DNA of 32,000 bases. Source: Candidatus Saccharimonadota bacterium. Its GTDB lineage: Bacteria; Patescibacteriota; Saccharimonadia; Saccharimonadales; UBA4665. Below the pieces are notes generated by a model, which worked only from the letters and a program-made list of their open reading frames with translations, was not told the origin of the DNA and made no database searches. A program made the translations under genes and the position numbers. This document shows, piece after piece, positions 1 to 8,544 of this stretch (within the stretch, counting starts at the first letter, position 1; each line of letters begins with the position of its first letter). The stretch is taken from the NCBI GenBank assembly GCA_002952755.1, contig CP025011.1, positions 840,001-872,000 on the forward strand, written 5' to 3'.

Positions 1-2391
1 TGCGTACGCACGCACCGCCCTTGGCTCGGGAGGGCTGAGGGGCGATAAGCTGTCGACAATATTGGACTCTCCGAGAAGGCCCTTATACGCTAATAGAACA
101 GAGCCGATATTGTTACCATACAGCAACCGATCAATTCCCAACCTACTGGCAAGTGTGGCACGTTCGTATTCCGTAGCAGTTGACCGAATGCTCTTCGAGA
201 ATGAAATCGTTCGCTCAGCCCCACCACCAGACAACTCCAAAATACCGTTTGCCAGCGCCTCACTGACGCGTACTGACGCGTCTTCTGCATCTGCTCGATA
301 CCGGGCGATAATTTTTTTCTGAAGCCAATGTGTGGTTGGAGCGTCCAACTCGTGTAACGAGGCGAGATCTTCGGGTGCCACGTCAATTATTTCCGCGCCC
401 ACAACTGTACTGAACCCGCGCGGACGAGCTGGCTCAGACAGCTCGTCGTCTTTTGTCACATGGCGTAATAACAACATATCTTCGCTGAGCAACGAGAGCG
501 TAGGTGGAATATGGGGTGACTCTTCGGACGATCGGCTAGTCAAAGCCTCGACTTTAGAGAGAAGGCCTTCTTGGATATACCTCCCCCAATCTTCCACGCC
601 GAGAGCACTGGCGAGGCGCTGTCGATCGATAGTGGCACCATACAACAATAAGTCCAAGCCATAATGACTCGCCAATGCCAGACGTTCAAAAGGCTCCAAA
701 GGAATAGCGAAGGTTATATACCTTCCATTGACAGGATCGCGAATAGAGTTAACATGTGCTTGAAAATTGAGATCCTGCAGGACCGAAGGGGCACCAAGTG
801 CCGACGTCAATACACCTTGGTTAACGCACGCAAAAACTTGTTCTGCAACTTCATCAAACATTTCCAGTGGGTAGCAAGCAGCGACGCGTCTGACTTCCCA
901 GCGCTCCAGAAGTTTTCCGGCAGCTCCTCCTGCGACCCGGCCCGCAAATCTTCCATTAGCCTTTGCTATACGATAGGCCAGTTCAATCTCTTCCGGTGAG
1001 CCATTTGTCTTAATAGACCTTCGCCGCATAGCCCTGCCTTCAGTATCCTCTGCTGTAATCTTATCCAAAAATTCCTGTGCCGCCACAAGCGGATCGTTAG
1101 GGCGGTGTTTGGCGATACGGCGAAGCGTACCAGGGGTAATGCCAGGCCTAGCGCCGATAAAATCAACCAGGAGGCGCATATTATTAATAAATCTCTCGAG
1201 CGCATCGGCATAATTATCGGTGTTGCCCGTAGCGATATCCAACATATCCGCGACGCGAAGGTAAGGGTGATCGGCTCCGTAGCGAGCAATACTGGCTTCG
1301 ACACGCTCGGTGATCGCCCGAAAAACAGCCTCCGGATCAGCGACCGCATTTACGGTCTTCCGGATCATGCCACGCCTTATGGGAGTGCTGCCGACAAACC
1401 GCTCTTCAAGAGCCTTTTCAACTGCTGGGTCGACTAACTTATTGAGGCGGGCGGCCATACGCAAAGATGCTTCAGAACCGCCCGGATGTAGCAGTCGGTT
1501 AGCGTGAAGCATGGTCTTGTACCTTTTAAGTACCCGTTCCGGCTCCCGCCAGCTGCGGCGGACCATATCATGGAATTCAGAATTCGACATATCTCCGTCA
1601 AGATGCAAGGTAGCAAGCTGCTTCCACTCTGCCGCGCTACGGCTCAACCCCTGCTTAGCCGGCCTCAAAAAGCCGTTCCGGGCAAGCTCGATAACATCCT
1701 CAAGATACTCACAAATGATCGGGAAGTTGTCTTCAAGCTTGAAATGTTCTGGCGAATAGCGGTTTTCGCGGCTGGCCCGAGCTTTGGTAGGATTTCCTTT
1801 AGTCGTCGTAAACCGTACAAAGTCAGCTTGTTGACAGAGGACGAGGGCGATAGACTCAACGGCTCGTTGCGCATCGGTTATCTTTATCAGCTGCCGGTCC
1901 GACATATCCTCAAAAATTTGGGGAGTACGGTCCGCTAGCTTCTCCATGATGTGTTCTCCGATACGAGGAAGCTCAGTTGGTCGAGGGCCATCAATATAAA
2001 ACTGACCGCTTCTTACTCCTCGCCGTAAATGAGTCAATGCAAGGTGGGGGTCAAATGGTAACTCACGCAAATCAAATGGCAGCGCGACGATATCTAGCCT
2101 ATCACCACGGTCATCAGCCAGAACTTCGGCAGCAACCTGCTTGCCGGCAATAAAGGCTCCATAGCCCAGCATACCTGCAATCTCACGGCTATAGGGATTA
2201 CACACTGGCAGCTGTAAACAGTTAAGGCAGGCCTCCTCAGCCTCTGATAATAATGAACGGTCTTGCTGCGCCGCTCCCGCATCAATCTGCGCAAACAGCT
2301 CGCGTTCCTCACCAACACAGGCGCCATATGGGATAATAAATTCCCGTCCGTTCGCGCGTCGCGCTTGGTCGTCTGGCTGGTACTCGCTCAC
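1..2391 (-). CDS. Large protein (at least 797 aa, C-terminus beyond the window) with an N-terminal WhiB-like 4-Cys domain and repeated HTH-like modules
   Basis: Absent from the supplied ORF track because there is no stop inside the window. I reverse-complemented every 60-nt line by hand. From GTG at 2391 (GGAG 8 nt upstream; in-frame TAA at 2415-2413) the frame reads 797 sense codons down to position 1. The N-terminus reads ..PYGACVGEERELFAQ..(29 aa between Cys1 and Cys2)..AEEACLNCLQLPVCNPY..GYGAFIAG, i.e. Cys-x29-Cys-x2-Cys-x5-Cys plus ELF, which is the Wbl pattern. Two related modules are present: FERLALASHYGLDLLLYGATI and YERATLASRLGIDRLLYGNNI. Confidence 0.85.
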   Translation of the reverse strand, partial: MSEYQPDDQARRANGREFIIPYGACVGEERELFAQIDAGAAQQDRSLLSEAEEACLNCLQLPVCNPYSREIAGMLGYGAFIAGKQVAAEVLADDRGDRLDIVALPFDLRELPFDPHLALTHLRRGVRSGQFYIDGPRPTELPRIGEHIMEKLADRTPQIFEDMSDRQLIKITDAQRAVESIALVLCQQADFVRFTTTKGNPTKARASRENRYSPEHFKLEDNFPIICEYLEDVIELARNGFLRPAKQGLSRSAAEWKQLATLHLDGDMSNSEFHDMVRRSWREPERVLKRYKTMLHANRLLHPGGSEASLRMAARLNKLVDPAVEKALEERFVGSTPIRRGMIRKTVNAVADPEAVFRAITERVEASIARYGADHPYLRVADMLDIATGNTDNYADALERFINNMRLLVDFIGARPGITPGTLRRIAKHRPNDPLVAAQEFLDKITAEDTEGRAMRRRSIKTNGSPEEIELAYRIAKANGRFAGRVAGGAAGKLLERWEVRRVAACYPLEMFDEVAEQVFACVNQGVLTSALGAPSVLQDLNFQAHVNSIRDPVNGRYITFAIPLEPFERLALASHYGLDLLLYGATIDRQRLASALGVEDWGRYIQEGLLSKVEALTSRSSEESPHIPPTLSLLSEDMLLLRHVTKDDELSEPARPRGFSTVVGAEIIDVAPEDLASLHELDAPTTHWLQKKIIARYRADAEDASVRVSEALANGILELSGGGAERTISFSKSIRSTATEYERATLASRLGIDRLLYGNNIGSVLLAYKGLLGESNIVDSLSPLSPPEPRAVRAYA

Positions 2392-2409
2392 TTCTATCTC
2401 CGTACGTTT

Positions 2410-2440
2410 ATATTAAGCCGATATCACACGCCGGTGTCAA
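2410..2440 (-). promoter_or_regulatory. Candidate sigma70-type promoter of the large WhiB-like gene
   Basis: On the minus strand there is a perfect TTGACA (2440-2435), then 18 nt, then TTAATA (2416-2411), or 19 nt to TAATAT. This sits about 20 nt upstream of the GGAG/GTG start. Confidence 0.35.
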
Positions 2441-2621
2441 TATGCGGCTCATATTCGCTTGAGCTAGTATTGTTGCATCCTATCAGCACATCTAGATTTT
2501 ATCTTCCGCCTTGGCGTGAAAAACTAACCGTAATCAGCTCAAGGACGGTCACCGCCAAGAGGATAGCGACTTGGCTGCGTCATTTGCAGATCGGAGTATA
2601 CCGCGAACGTGATCTCTTAAT

Positions 2622-3206
2622 TTAGACAGCTTCACCAGAGTAAGCCAGCTGCTCTAATGGGATCTCTTCGTAGGGTTGCTCTATAACATCCATAACCATT
2701 TCAGGCGTGTCTACAAAAGTAACCAGATCCTCGAGGGGGCGGGGAAGGCGCGACAAAAAGCCGTCGCGCTTCATTCGATCATACTGCATTTTTAGGCCTG
2801 CAAAGAAATTGTCCGTGTTTAGTACAATGAGCCGCTTATTATGCTGCCCATACCGGCGACGCTCCAAAAGATCGGTAAACTCATCTACCGTACCAGTGCC
2901 GCCTACTATCGTTACAATGACGTCCGACTTCTCTAACATTATCTCTTTGCGCTCTGCGAGGCTCTTTGCGAAATACATTTCATCTGCATTTGGATATGCG
3001 CTGGCCTTAAGCTGTTCCATAGAAACACCTATGATACGTCCTTGAGCGAGCTGAGCGCTTTCCGCGACCTCATGCATAAGCCCTCGATCAGAGCCACCCC
3101 AAACCAATGTATGGCCATTTTCGGCGATAATTCGCGCCAAGCTACGGGCGGCCGTTATATATTTCTTATCAACTTGAGCAGCGGAACAGAAGATGCAAAT
3201 ATTCAT
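2622..3206 (-). CDS. LOG family protein (lysine-decarboxylase-like / cytokinin riboside 5'-monophosphate phosphoribohydrolase fold, TIGR00730 type)
   Basis: 194-aa ORF. Shows LVWGGSDRGLM and the GGTGTVDEF (GGxGTxxE) motif, with typical LOG length and architecture. Confidence 0.85.
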   Translation of the reverse strand: MNICIFCSAAQVDKKYITAARSLARIIAENGHTLVWGGSDRGLMHEVAESAQLAQGRIIGVSMEQLKASAYPNADEMYFAKSLAERKEIMLEKSDVIVTIVGGTGTVDEFTDLLERRRYGQHNKRLIVLNTDNFFAGLKMQYDRMKRDGFLSRLPRPLEDLVTFVDTPEMVMDVIEQPYEEIPLEQLAYSGEAV

Positions 3207-3450
3207 TTTCGAGCTTTCTATTACTACCTAGGAAGATTTAAATTTTAAGTAATAGTAGTTGAACTGTCAACGTTCTAGAAAAAGTCACAACACTCCTTAA
3301 ACGCCAGATGCAGCAGATGGATTCTAAGCTTGGCCTGCTAGCAATTCTACAGCTGGACCTATAAAATGCCCTGAAATTGTCTCTAGAATAGTCGCCGCTT
3401 AAAGGTGGCTGTACTTAATTTAGGCTGACATCCCCCGCGTATATGTAATT

Positions 3451-4143
3451 CTAGAAGCTAACTGTACTTCGCTTATCTTTTTTCATTTGCTGATAGAGGT
3501 AGCATCCTGCACCAATAGCCCAGATCGCAACTCCATACCCAGCTACACGCTCCCAACCGCCATATCCAAGGACCATATAAGGCGGTTTTCCATCCATAAG
3601 AGATCCAAATATCCCAAGTGACCCGATGAAGACAGTCCACCGGCCAAACCATTTCCATACTTTTTTGGCAGCAATACCTAGCAAGATAAGACTTACGTTG
3701 AGGGCAGAAATTGCCAGCCCGCCGGATATGCTGTGTAATGTAGGCGCTAGATTGAGGGGCGAAAAGCCAGCAACTACTGCTTCAATACCTCCAAAGAACA
3801 TCAGCACAAGACCGCTCCGCCTGAATCGACCTTGCGGCCAAAGAAAAAGCAAACCAAGGCTGACACCAAGCATAAGGAGTACTCCATATGCTACAAATGT
3901 TCCGTCCATTACTAGATGCAACGGCGCGCAGACGTGCACCATCTCCTGCGTGGCATACTCTTTATATGGTCCACAAGCTGTAATGCCAAGATCACTAATG
4001 GCCTGATGTTTCATGCTATACGGTTGGGTGGTAGTGAACTGGGTAATAAACTGCCCGAGAAAAAACACTACACCAGCTGCTATAAGGCATAAGAGACCTT
4101 TTGTTATGATATTCGTTGGCGCCTCTAAGTATTTTGGCCTCAT
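3451..4143 (-). CDS. Polytopic membrane protein, DUF998-like
   Basis: 230-aa ORF with about 6 hydrophobic spans. The ISDLG..CGP....C.PLH motif after TM1 matches my recollection of DUF998. The family assignment is tentative. Confidence 0.6.
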   Translation of the reverse strand: MRPKYLEAPTNIITKGLLCLIAAGVVFFLGQFITQFTTTQPYSMKHQAISDLGITACGPYKEYATQEMVHVCAPLHLVMDGTFVAYGVLLMLGVSLGLLFLWPQGRFRRSGLVLMFFGGIEAVVAGFSPLNLAPTLHSISGGLAISALNVSLILLGIAAKKVWKWFGRWTVFIGSLGIFGSLMDGKPPYMVLGYGGWERVAGYGVAIWAIGAGCYLYQQMKKDKRSTVSF

Positions 4144-4158
4144 TTAGGTTCTTCCTGT

Positions 4159-4186
4159 CTATTATAGTACGTTCGTACTATAATAG
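4159..4186. promoter_or_regulatory. Perfect 13-bp inverted repeat, a candidate TetR operator
   Basis: CTATTATAGTACG-tt-CGTACTATAATAG. It lies between the divergent starts at 4143 (minus) and 4203 (plus). Confidence 0.6.
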
Positions 4187-4202
4187 TAACATTATTAATC
4201 GT

Positions 4203-4805
4203 ATGCAACAGTATATTCCGCGAAAAACTCTAACCAGTAGCGAGACCAGGATACTCCAAGGAGTAGTTGAGCAGCTCGCCAGCAATGGTTATGCAAACAC
4301 AACTATAGGCGAGCTTAGTTCGCTCCTCGGGATGAGCAAGGGGCTCATTCACTATCATTTTTCGAGCAAAGAAATCTTATTTCAAGAGACCATTGCTTAT
4401 ATCTATACTGAGGCCAGACGCTATATGGAACGGCAAGTATGGCAAACTGATAATCCCTGGAGCCAAATCCAAACCTTCATCAGCTTGAGTTGCCAATATT
4501 ACGCTCATCACGGCCAGCTTATAAAAGCCTTGCAAGAAATCCGCGCCAATTTTAAACCTCGGCAAGCGGCGAGCCTGGCAGAAGTGTTCAATGCGCGTGA
4601 GCTCAGGGAACTTGAGGATGTTATAACCGCCGGACAATCACTCGGCACCTTTAGGTATTTTGACCCCGTATTTGGTGCACTCACCTTGCGCATGAGCTTA
4701 AACGGTGCGGCACAAAAAATTCTAGCCTCAGTGAAGCCTAAACAAGAAGCTACTCTCTGCGCCAGAGAGCTTACTGAGCTATTTCGACGGGCTTGGACGA
4801 AGTAG
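4203..4805 (+). CDS. TetR/AcrR family transcriptional regulator
   Basis: N-terminal HTH: ILQGVVEQLASNGYANTTIGELSSLLGMSKGLIHYHFSSKEILF. The track ORF starts at 4116, but ATG 4203 (MQQYIPRK) avoids overlapping the divergent gene and the operator. Confidence 0.85.
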   Translation: MQQYIPRKTLTSSETRILQGVVEQLASNGYANTTIGELSSLLGMSKGLIHYHFSSKEILFQETIAYIYTEARRYMERQVWQTDNPWSQIQTFISLSCQYYAHHGQLIKALQEIRANFKPRQAASLAEVFNARELRELEDVITAGQSLGTFRYFDPVFGALTLRMSLNGAAQKILASVKPKQEATLCARELTELFRRAWTK

Positions 4806-4866
4806 CAGCCAATACATAGCACCTCCAAGTCGCATAGGCGTAGTCGATGTCCTAGGTGTTCTGCGC

Positions 4867-5442
4867 TCATTGATACTTAGTCATGCTAGGTACGAGCTCT
4901 CTAAGTGCAAGCTCGGCCAGTATGGCGTCGACATTCTGCTCAACCGTGTGCTTAGTGGTTTCGAGAATGACCTCAGGGGCAAGCGGAGGTTCGTACGGAT
5001 TACTCTCATGAACGCCAGTGAGGTTGTGCAGTTCACCCGCACGCGCCTTCTGGTATAAGCCTTTGGTGTCGCGCTCTTCACAGACTGCCAGCGGCGTGGC
5101 AATGTGCACTTCCAAAAACTGGCCCTTAGCGAACTTTGTGCGCACCCTGTCCCGTGTTACACGATAAGGACTTATCAATGCACAAACGGCGATGCCACCC
5201 CCATAGACGATTTGCGAGGCATCATGCCCAACGCGCAGCACATTTCTATCGCGATCATCACGGCTAAAACCAATATTTTTCCATCTTCTTACAACATCAC
5301 CATCAAGCAGAGAAACATCACGCCCTTCCGCTCTAAGCCTATCCCATAGTAATGCAGCAGTCGTGGTCTTACCCGAGCCGCTTAAGCCCGTAAACCAAAC
5401 GCAAAAGCCAGAGGTTTGATTACCCCCTTCGAGGCGACTCAT
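4867..5442 (-). CDS. cysC: Adenylylsulfate (APS) kinase
   Basis: 191 aa. Motifs: P-loop FTGLSGSGKTT, LDGDVVR, FSRDDRDRNVLR, ISPYRVTRD, RDTKGLYQKARAGE..LTGV..PYEPP. This is the canonical APS kinase motif series. Confidence 0.9.
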   Translation of the reverse strand: MSRLEGGNQTSGFCVWFTGLSGSGKTTTAALLWDRLRAEGRDVSLLDGDVVRRWKNIGFSRDDRDRNVLRVGHDASQIVYGGGIAVCALISPYRVTRDRVRTKFAKGQFLEVHIATPLAVCEERDTKGLYQKARAGELHNLTGVHESNPYEPPLAPEVILETTKHTVEQNVDAILAELALRELVPSMTKYQ

Positions 5443-5534
5443 CTTTTTATAATCATTTCTATAAGGACTTTACGACTTAGCGGCATACTCCACGCATACA
5501 CCTTTATACATAGCTCCTCGCATCATATACAGGT

Positions 5535-5551
5535 TAGCAAATAATTTGCTA
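5535..5551. promoter_or_regulatory. 17-bp perfect palindrome in the divergent cysC/sulfotransferase promoter region
   Basis: TAGCAAAT-a-ATTTGCTA, located in the 169-bp gap between the starts at 5442 (minus) and 5612 (plus). Confidence 0.4.
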
Positions 5552-5611
5552 TGCTTACCAAAATAAATTATACGCTATCGGCGCGAGCCAATGGACGCGT
5601 AAAAAAGAAGG

Positions 5612-6469
5612 GTGCAGATGAGATATTCGGAAACAAGTAGGTCATCTCAAAACAATGAACCGAAACGCCTTGTCGCCGGATTTCGCAAGACAGGACGAAC
5701 ATGGATGCGTTTTATGCTTGCTGCCGGGCTTTTAGACACATATCCCATAGATGGGTTGGATGTGGACAGTTTAAGCTTAGCCAACGCATACACTGTGGTG
5801 CCAAACGACAAGATTGGAGCAGGGCGCGTATCTGGTCAGCCCACGTTCCAGTACCAAGGCCGCATGCCTCTGATTGAAATGACACACGAACCACATAAGA
5901 AGCCGCATAGCACCAGATTCGAGGACGCCCGAGTCGTTTTCATGACGCGCGACCCACGCGATATCATGGTTTCAGGCTGGTTTCATGACACAAGACAGCT
6001 CGACGAGTTGCACGACAGATTTCATGGCGGCCTTAGCGAGTTCATCCGGAGTCCCCGGGGCATCGGCGATTTTGTTGCCCACCTTAATTCCTGGGCATAT
6101 AAACTTGACGATAGCCAAGTCTTAACATACGAAGCGATGCGTCAAGATCCAGCCGCTGCCCTGCAGAAAACAAACGAGCTGCTTGATATTGGCTTGTCGT
6201 CCCAAAGCATCTCGCACGCCGTAGAGGCTGGCCACATAGATAGAATGCGTAAGATCGAAGTAAGGGACGGTATTCCTGGCCATGACTACGACAGATCAGA
6301 TCCGGATGCGCTCCGTGTTCGTCGGGGAGTAGCCGGGGGTTTTGTCGACCATATATCTGAATCCGATCAAGCTTATATCGGCTCTGCGCTTACCGAATTA
6401 AACCCGAGAGCGTCGGGCATCGTCGCCATGACTGGCTACTTTGGTCCAGAAGCTCTCCAACAACTCTAG
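5612..6469 (+). CDS. PAPS-dependent sulfotransferase (small-molecule type)
   Basis: 285 aa. The 5'-PSB-like loop is RKTGRTWMRFMLA (compare PKSGTTW). The 3'-PB-like motif is FMTRDPRDIMVS. The start may be GTG 5612 or ATG 5618. Confidence 0.8.
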   Translation: MQMRYSETSRSSQNNEPKRLVAGFRKTGRTWMRFMLAAGLLDTYPIDGLDVDSLSLANAYTVVPNDKIGAGRVSGQPTFQYQGRMPLIEMTHEPHKKPHSTRFEDARVVFMTRDPRDIMVSGWFHDTRQLDELHDRFHGGLSEFIRSPRGIGDFVAHLNSWAYKLDDSQVLTYEAMRQDPAAALQKTNELLDIGLSSQSISHAVEAGHIDRMRKIEVRDGIPGHDYDRSDPDALRVRRGVAGGFVDHISESDQAYIGSALTELNPRASGIVAMTGYFGPEALQQL

Positions 6470-6608
6470 CGATCTCCCTAAATGGCCGTTATTGTCGCTA
6501 TTAGGGTCCCAACTCTCCCGGCATCAATTTTTGAGAGTGGCGGCGATAATTGGCAATCATAGACAAGGCTTCTGCCGCGAAGATCCGATAGGATTACCCC
6601 GTAATATA

Positions 6609-7346
6609 TTAATTTTTCTTGAGAACTGCTACTACTGAACTACCAAAGGGCAGCCTATACTTTTTGTGCAGTCGCGCTTCGGCATACAACATATGAGTCA
6701 GCAATCGATTGACCCACCCAGGCACCCCGACATACGACGTTTTCTCTCTCTTGCCAAAATACTTATCGAGTATACGAAATCCCGCAACCAATGGAAACGA
6801 AAAAGCAAAGGCATACGAAATGGTATGGACCTGCAAACCTGCCGACTGAGCCACAGTTTTAAGAGTCCTTTTAGTATAACGGCGCTCATGTCCCAACGCT
6901 ACATCATGGTGTGACCACAGCCATTGGTAAGCTGGTACGGTAATAATTAGGACGCCATCGTCTTTTAAGATCCGCGACCACTCTTGCAATGCAGCTTTAT
7001 GCATGTCTATGTGCTCGAGTATGTCAAATGCTGCCACCATATCGTACGTCTTGGCTCGAAATGGCAGCTTATTGTTGTTATCTGTTTTGATTATATTCTC
7101 AATGCCCTGGAGCTTCATGATAGCTATTGCTTCGTCGGAAACTTCGACATTCTCTACGAGTCCATAACGTCTGAGAAGAGAGACAGTACCTCCCGTCCCG
7201 CTGCCGACATTCAAGATTTTCATCTGCTGCCGCTGCCGAACATCGCAAAAGGAAACAATGTATGCCTCAATAATTCGTAGTCGGCCTATATGCCACCAAT
7301 AGGTTTTTTCGCGCAATGCTAAAGTAGCATATTCGTCTGTATGCAT
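6609..7346 (-). CDS. Class I SAM-dependent methyltransferase
   Basis: 245 aa. Shows YWWHIGR near the N-terminus, motif I ILNVGSGTGG, and FDILEHI. Confidence 0.85.
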   Translation of the reverse strand: MHTDEYATLALREKTYWWHIGRLRIIEAYIVSFCDVRQRQQMKILNVGSGTGGTVSLLRRYGLVENVEVSDEAIAIMKLQGIENIIKTDNNNKLPFRAKTYDMVAAFDILEHIDMHKAALQEWSRILKDDGVLIITVPAYQWLWSHHDVALGHERRYTKRTLKTVAQSAGLQVHTISYAFAFSFPLVAGFRILDKYFGKREKTSYVGVPGWVNRLLTHMLYAEARLHKKYRLPFGSSVVAVLKKN

Positions 7347-7392
7347 GATGTCCTAGAGTTATTCGGATAAGAAGGGTCCATTATACTACGTC

Positions 7393-8457
7393 CTAGGACC
7401 CATTTCTCGTCGCGGCGCTGCTTTGGTTAAAGCTTATCTGGTGGGCTCGGCCAAACACCCATTTGCCAACCTCTGAAAGTAGGGCGAGTATGTGTCCGCA
7501 TTCGGCTTCGCCTAACTGGCGTTGTCGTAGGTCAGCATGAGATGTGCGATCAAGATTGAAGGCTAGCCAAGCCAGGATACCACTAGCCCAATCGCTACAA
7601 TACACTTGATAGGTATCAAATACAGGAGAATAACCTGTGCGTTCTAAGTAGGCGCTTACTGCAGATACGATACGCTCTTCCGAGAGCTTGCCTTGACGTG
7701 CCAAAGACCAATCAATAGCTACCGTAAAAACGTCTTGCAAGGGGTCGGCTATCCAATTGGCGTTATCCCAGTCTACGAGTATGAGTCGGCTATCCTTTAG
7801 CAGAACGTTTTTGGCGGTGAGGTCCCGGTGTGATGGTACCGTAGGTCGTTTTCTATTCATCCTTTGCCAATTAGAGATAAGATTCTCAAACTGCTGAATG
7901 GTCCCCAGCCTCCGAAAAAGTAGATCGCTCCACGCGGGTCGTGCAGTGCTGTGTACATCGAGCCATTGACTCCACTGGATAGGATTATATGTGGCCGTTC
8001 GGTATTGATCCGGAGGCTTTACGCCCATGCGGTGAATACGTCCTATTGTTTCTACTAGGTCGCCAAAGTTCGTAAGCTTCCCTTCGCTAGCGGGCGTACA
8101 CCCCTCCATCCATCGATGCACACGCACAAAGTGCAGATCAGAAGTATGCAATGTGAGGGGCGCAAGGACTTCAGAACTGTGCGGCAAAAAGATTACCTCC
8201 GGGGTAAGGATGCCGACACTAGGTGCAAGCCTTTCGATGGCGCTACTGGTTTCGATATGATTTTTAAAATTTGGCTCTTTGGCCTGCGAGACCATTTCTT
8301 TGATGGCGAAGTCGCCAAACTCAGTAGTACATCGGTATAGTCGGTGCAGTAAGCCGCCCGACACTGGTTCAGCACTACGTAATTGACCGAGACCAAAGCG
8401 TGCACTGGCAGCTTTTAATAATTCATAGGGTATTTGATCTTTGGCCTTAGCAGACAT
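7393..8457 (-). CDS. Phosphotransferase family kinase (aminoglycoside phosphotransferase / choline kinase fold)
   Basis: 354 aa. Catalytic loop HRDLTAKNVLL followed by LVDWDNA (Brenner motif plus DxD). The substrate is unknown. Confidence 0.8.
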   Translation of the reverse strand: MSAKAKDQIPYELLKAASARFGLGQLRSAEPVSGGLLHRLYRCTTEFGDFAIKEMVSQAKEPNFKNHIETSSAIERLAPSVGILTPEVIFLPHSSEVLAPLTLHTSDLHFVRVHRWMEGCTPASEGKLTNFGDLVETIGRIHRMGVKPPDQYRTATYNPIQWSQWLDVHSTARPAWSDLLFRRLGTIQQFENLISNWQRMNRKRPTVPSHRDLTAKNVLLKDSRLILVDWDNANWIADPLQDVFTVAIDWSLARQGKLSEERIVSAVSAYLERTGYSPVFDTYQVYCSDWASGILAWLAFNLDRTSHADLRQRQLGEAECGHILALLSEVGKWVFGRAHQISFNQSSAATRNGS

Positions 8458-8544
8458 GACTATCCTAGTAACAGCCTTAATACTTCTTTAAATCAACTCG
8501 CACATAAAAAAATGTAGGATGCTAACGAAGCTGCCAATAAATAA

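Noticed and set aside
1-2400. The absence of any long ORF in the supplied track suggested a non-coding region, a decayed pseudogene, or an alternative genetic code (UGA recoding).
   Set aside because: Manual translation of the minus strand gives 797 uninterrupted standard-code codons. The ORF was omitted only because its stop lies outside the window. All other genes in the window read cleanly with the standard code.
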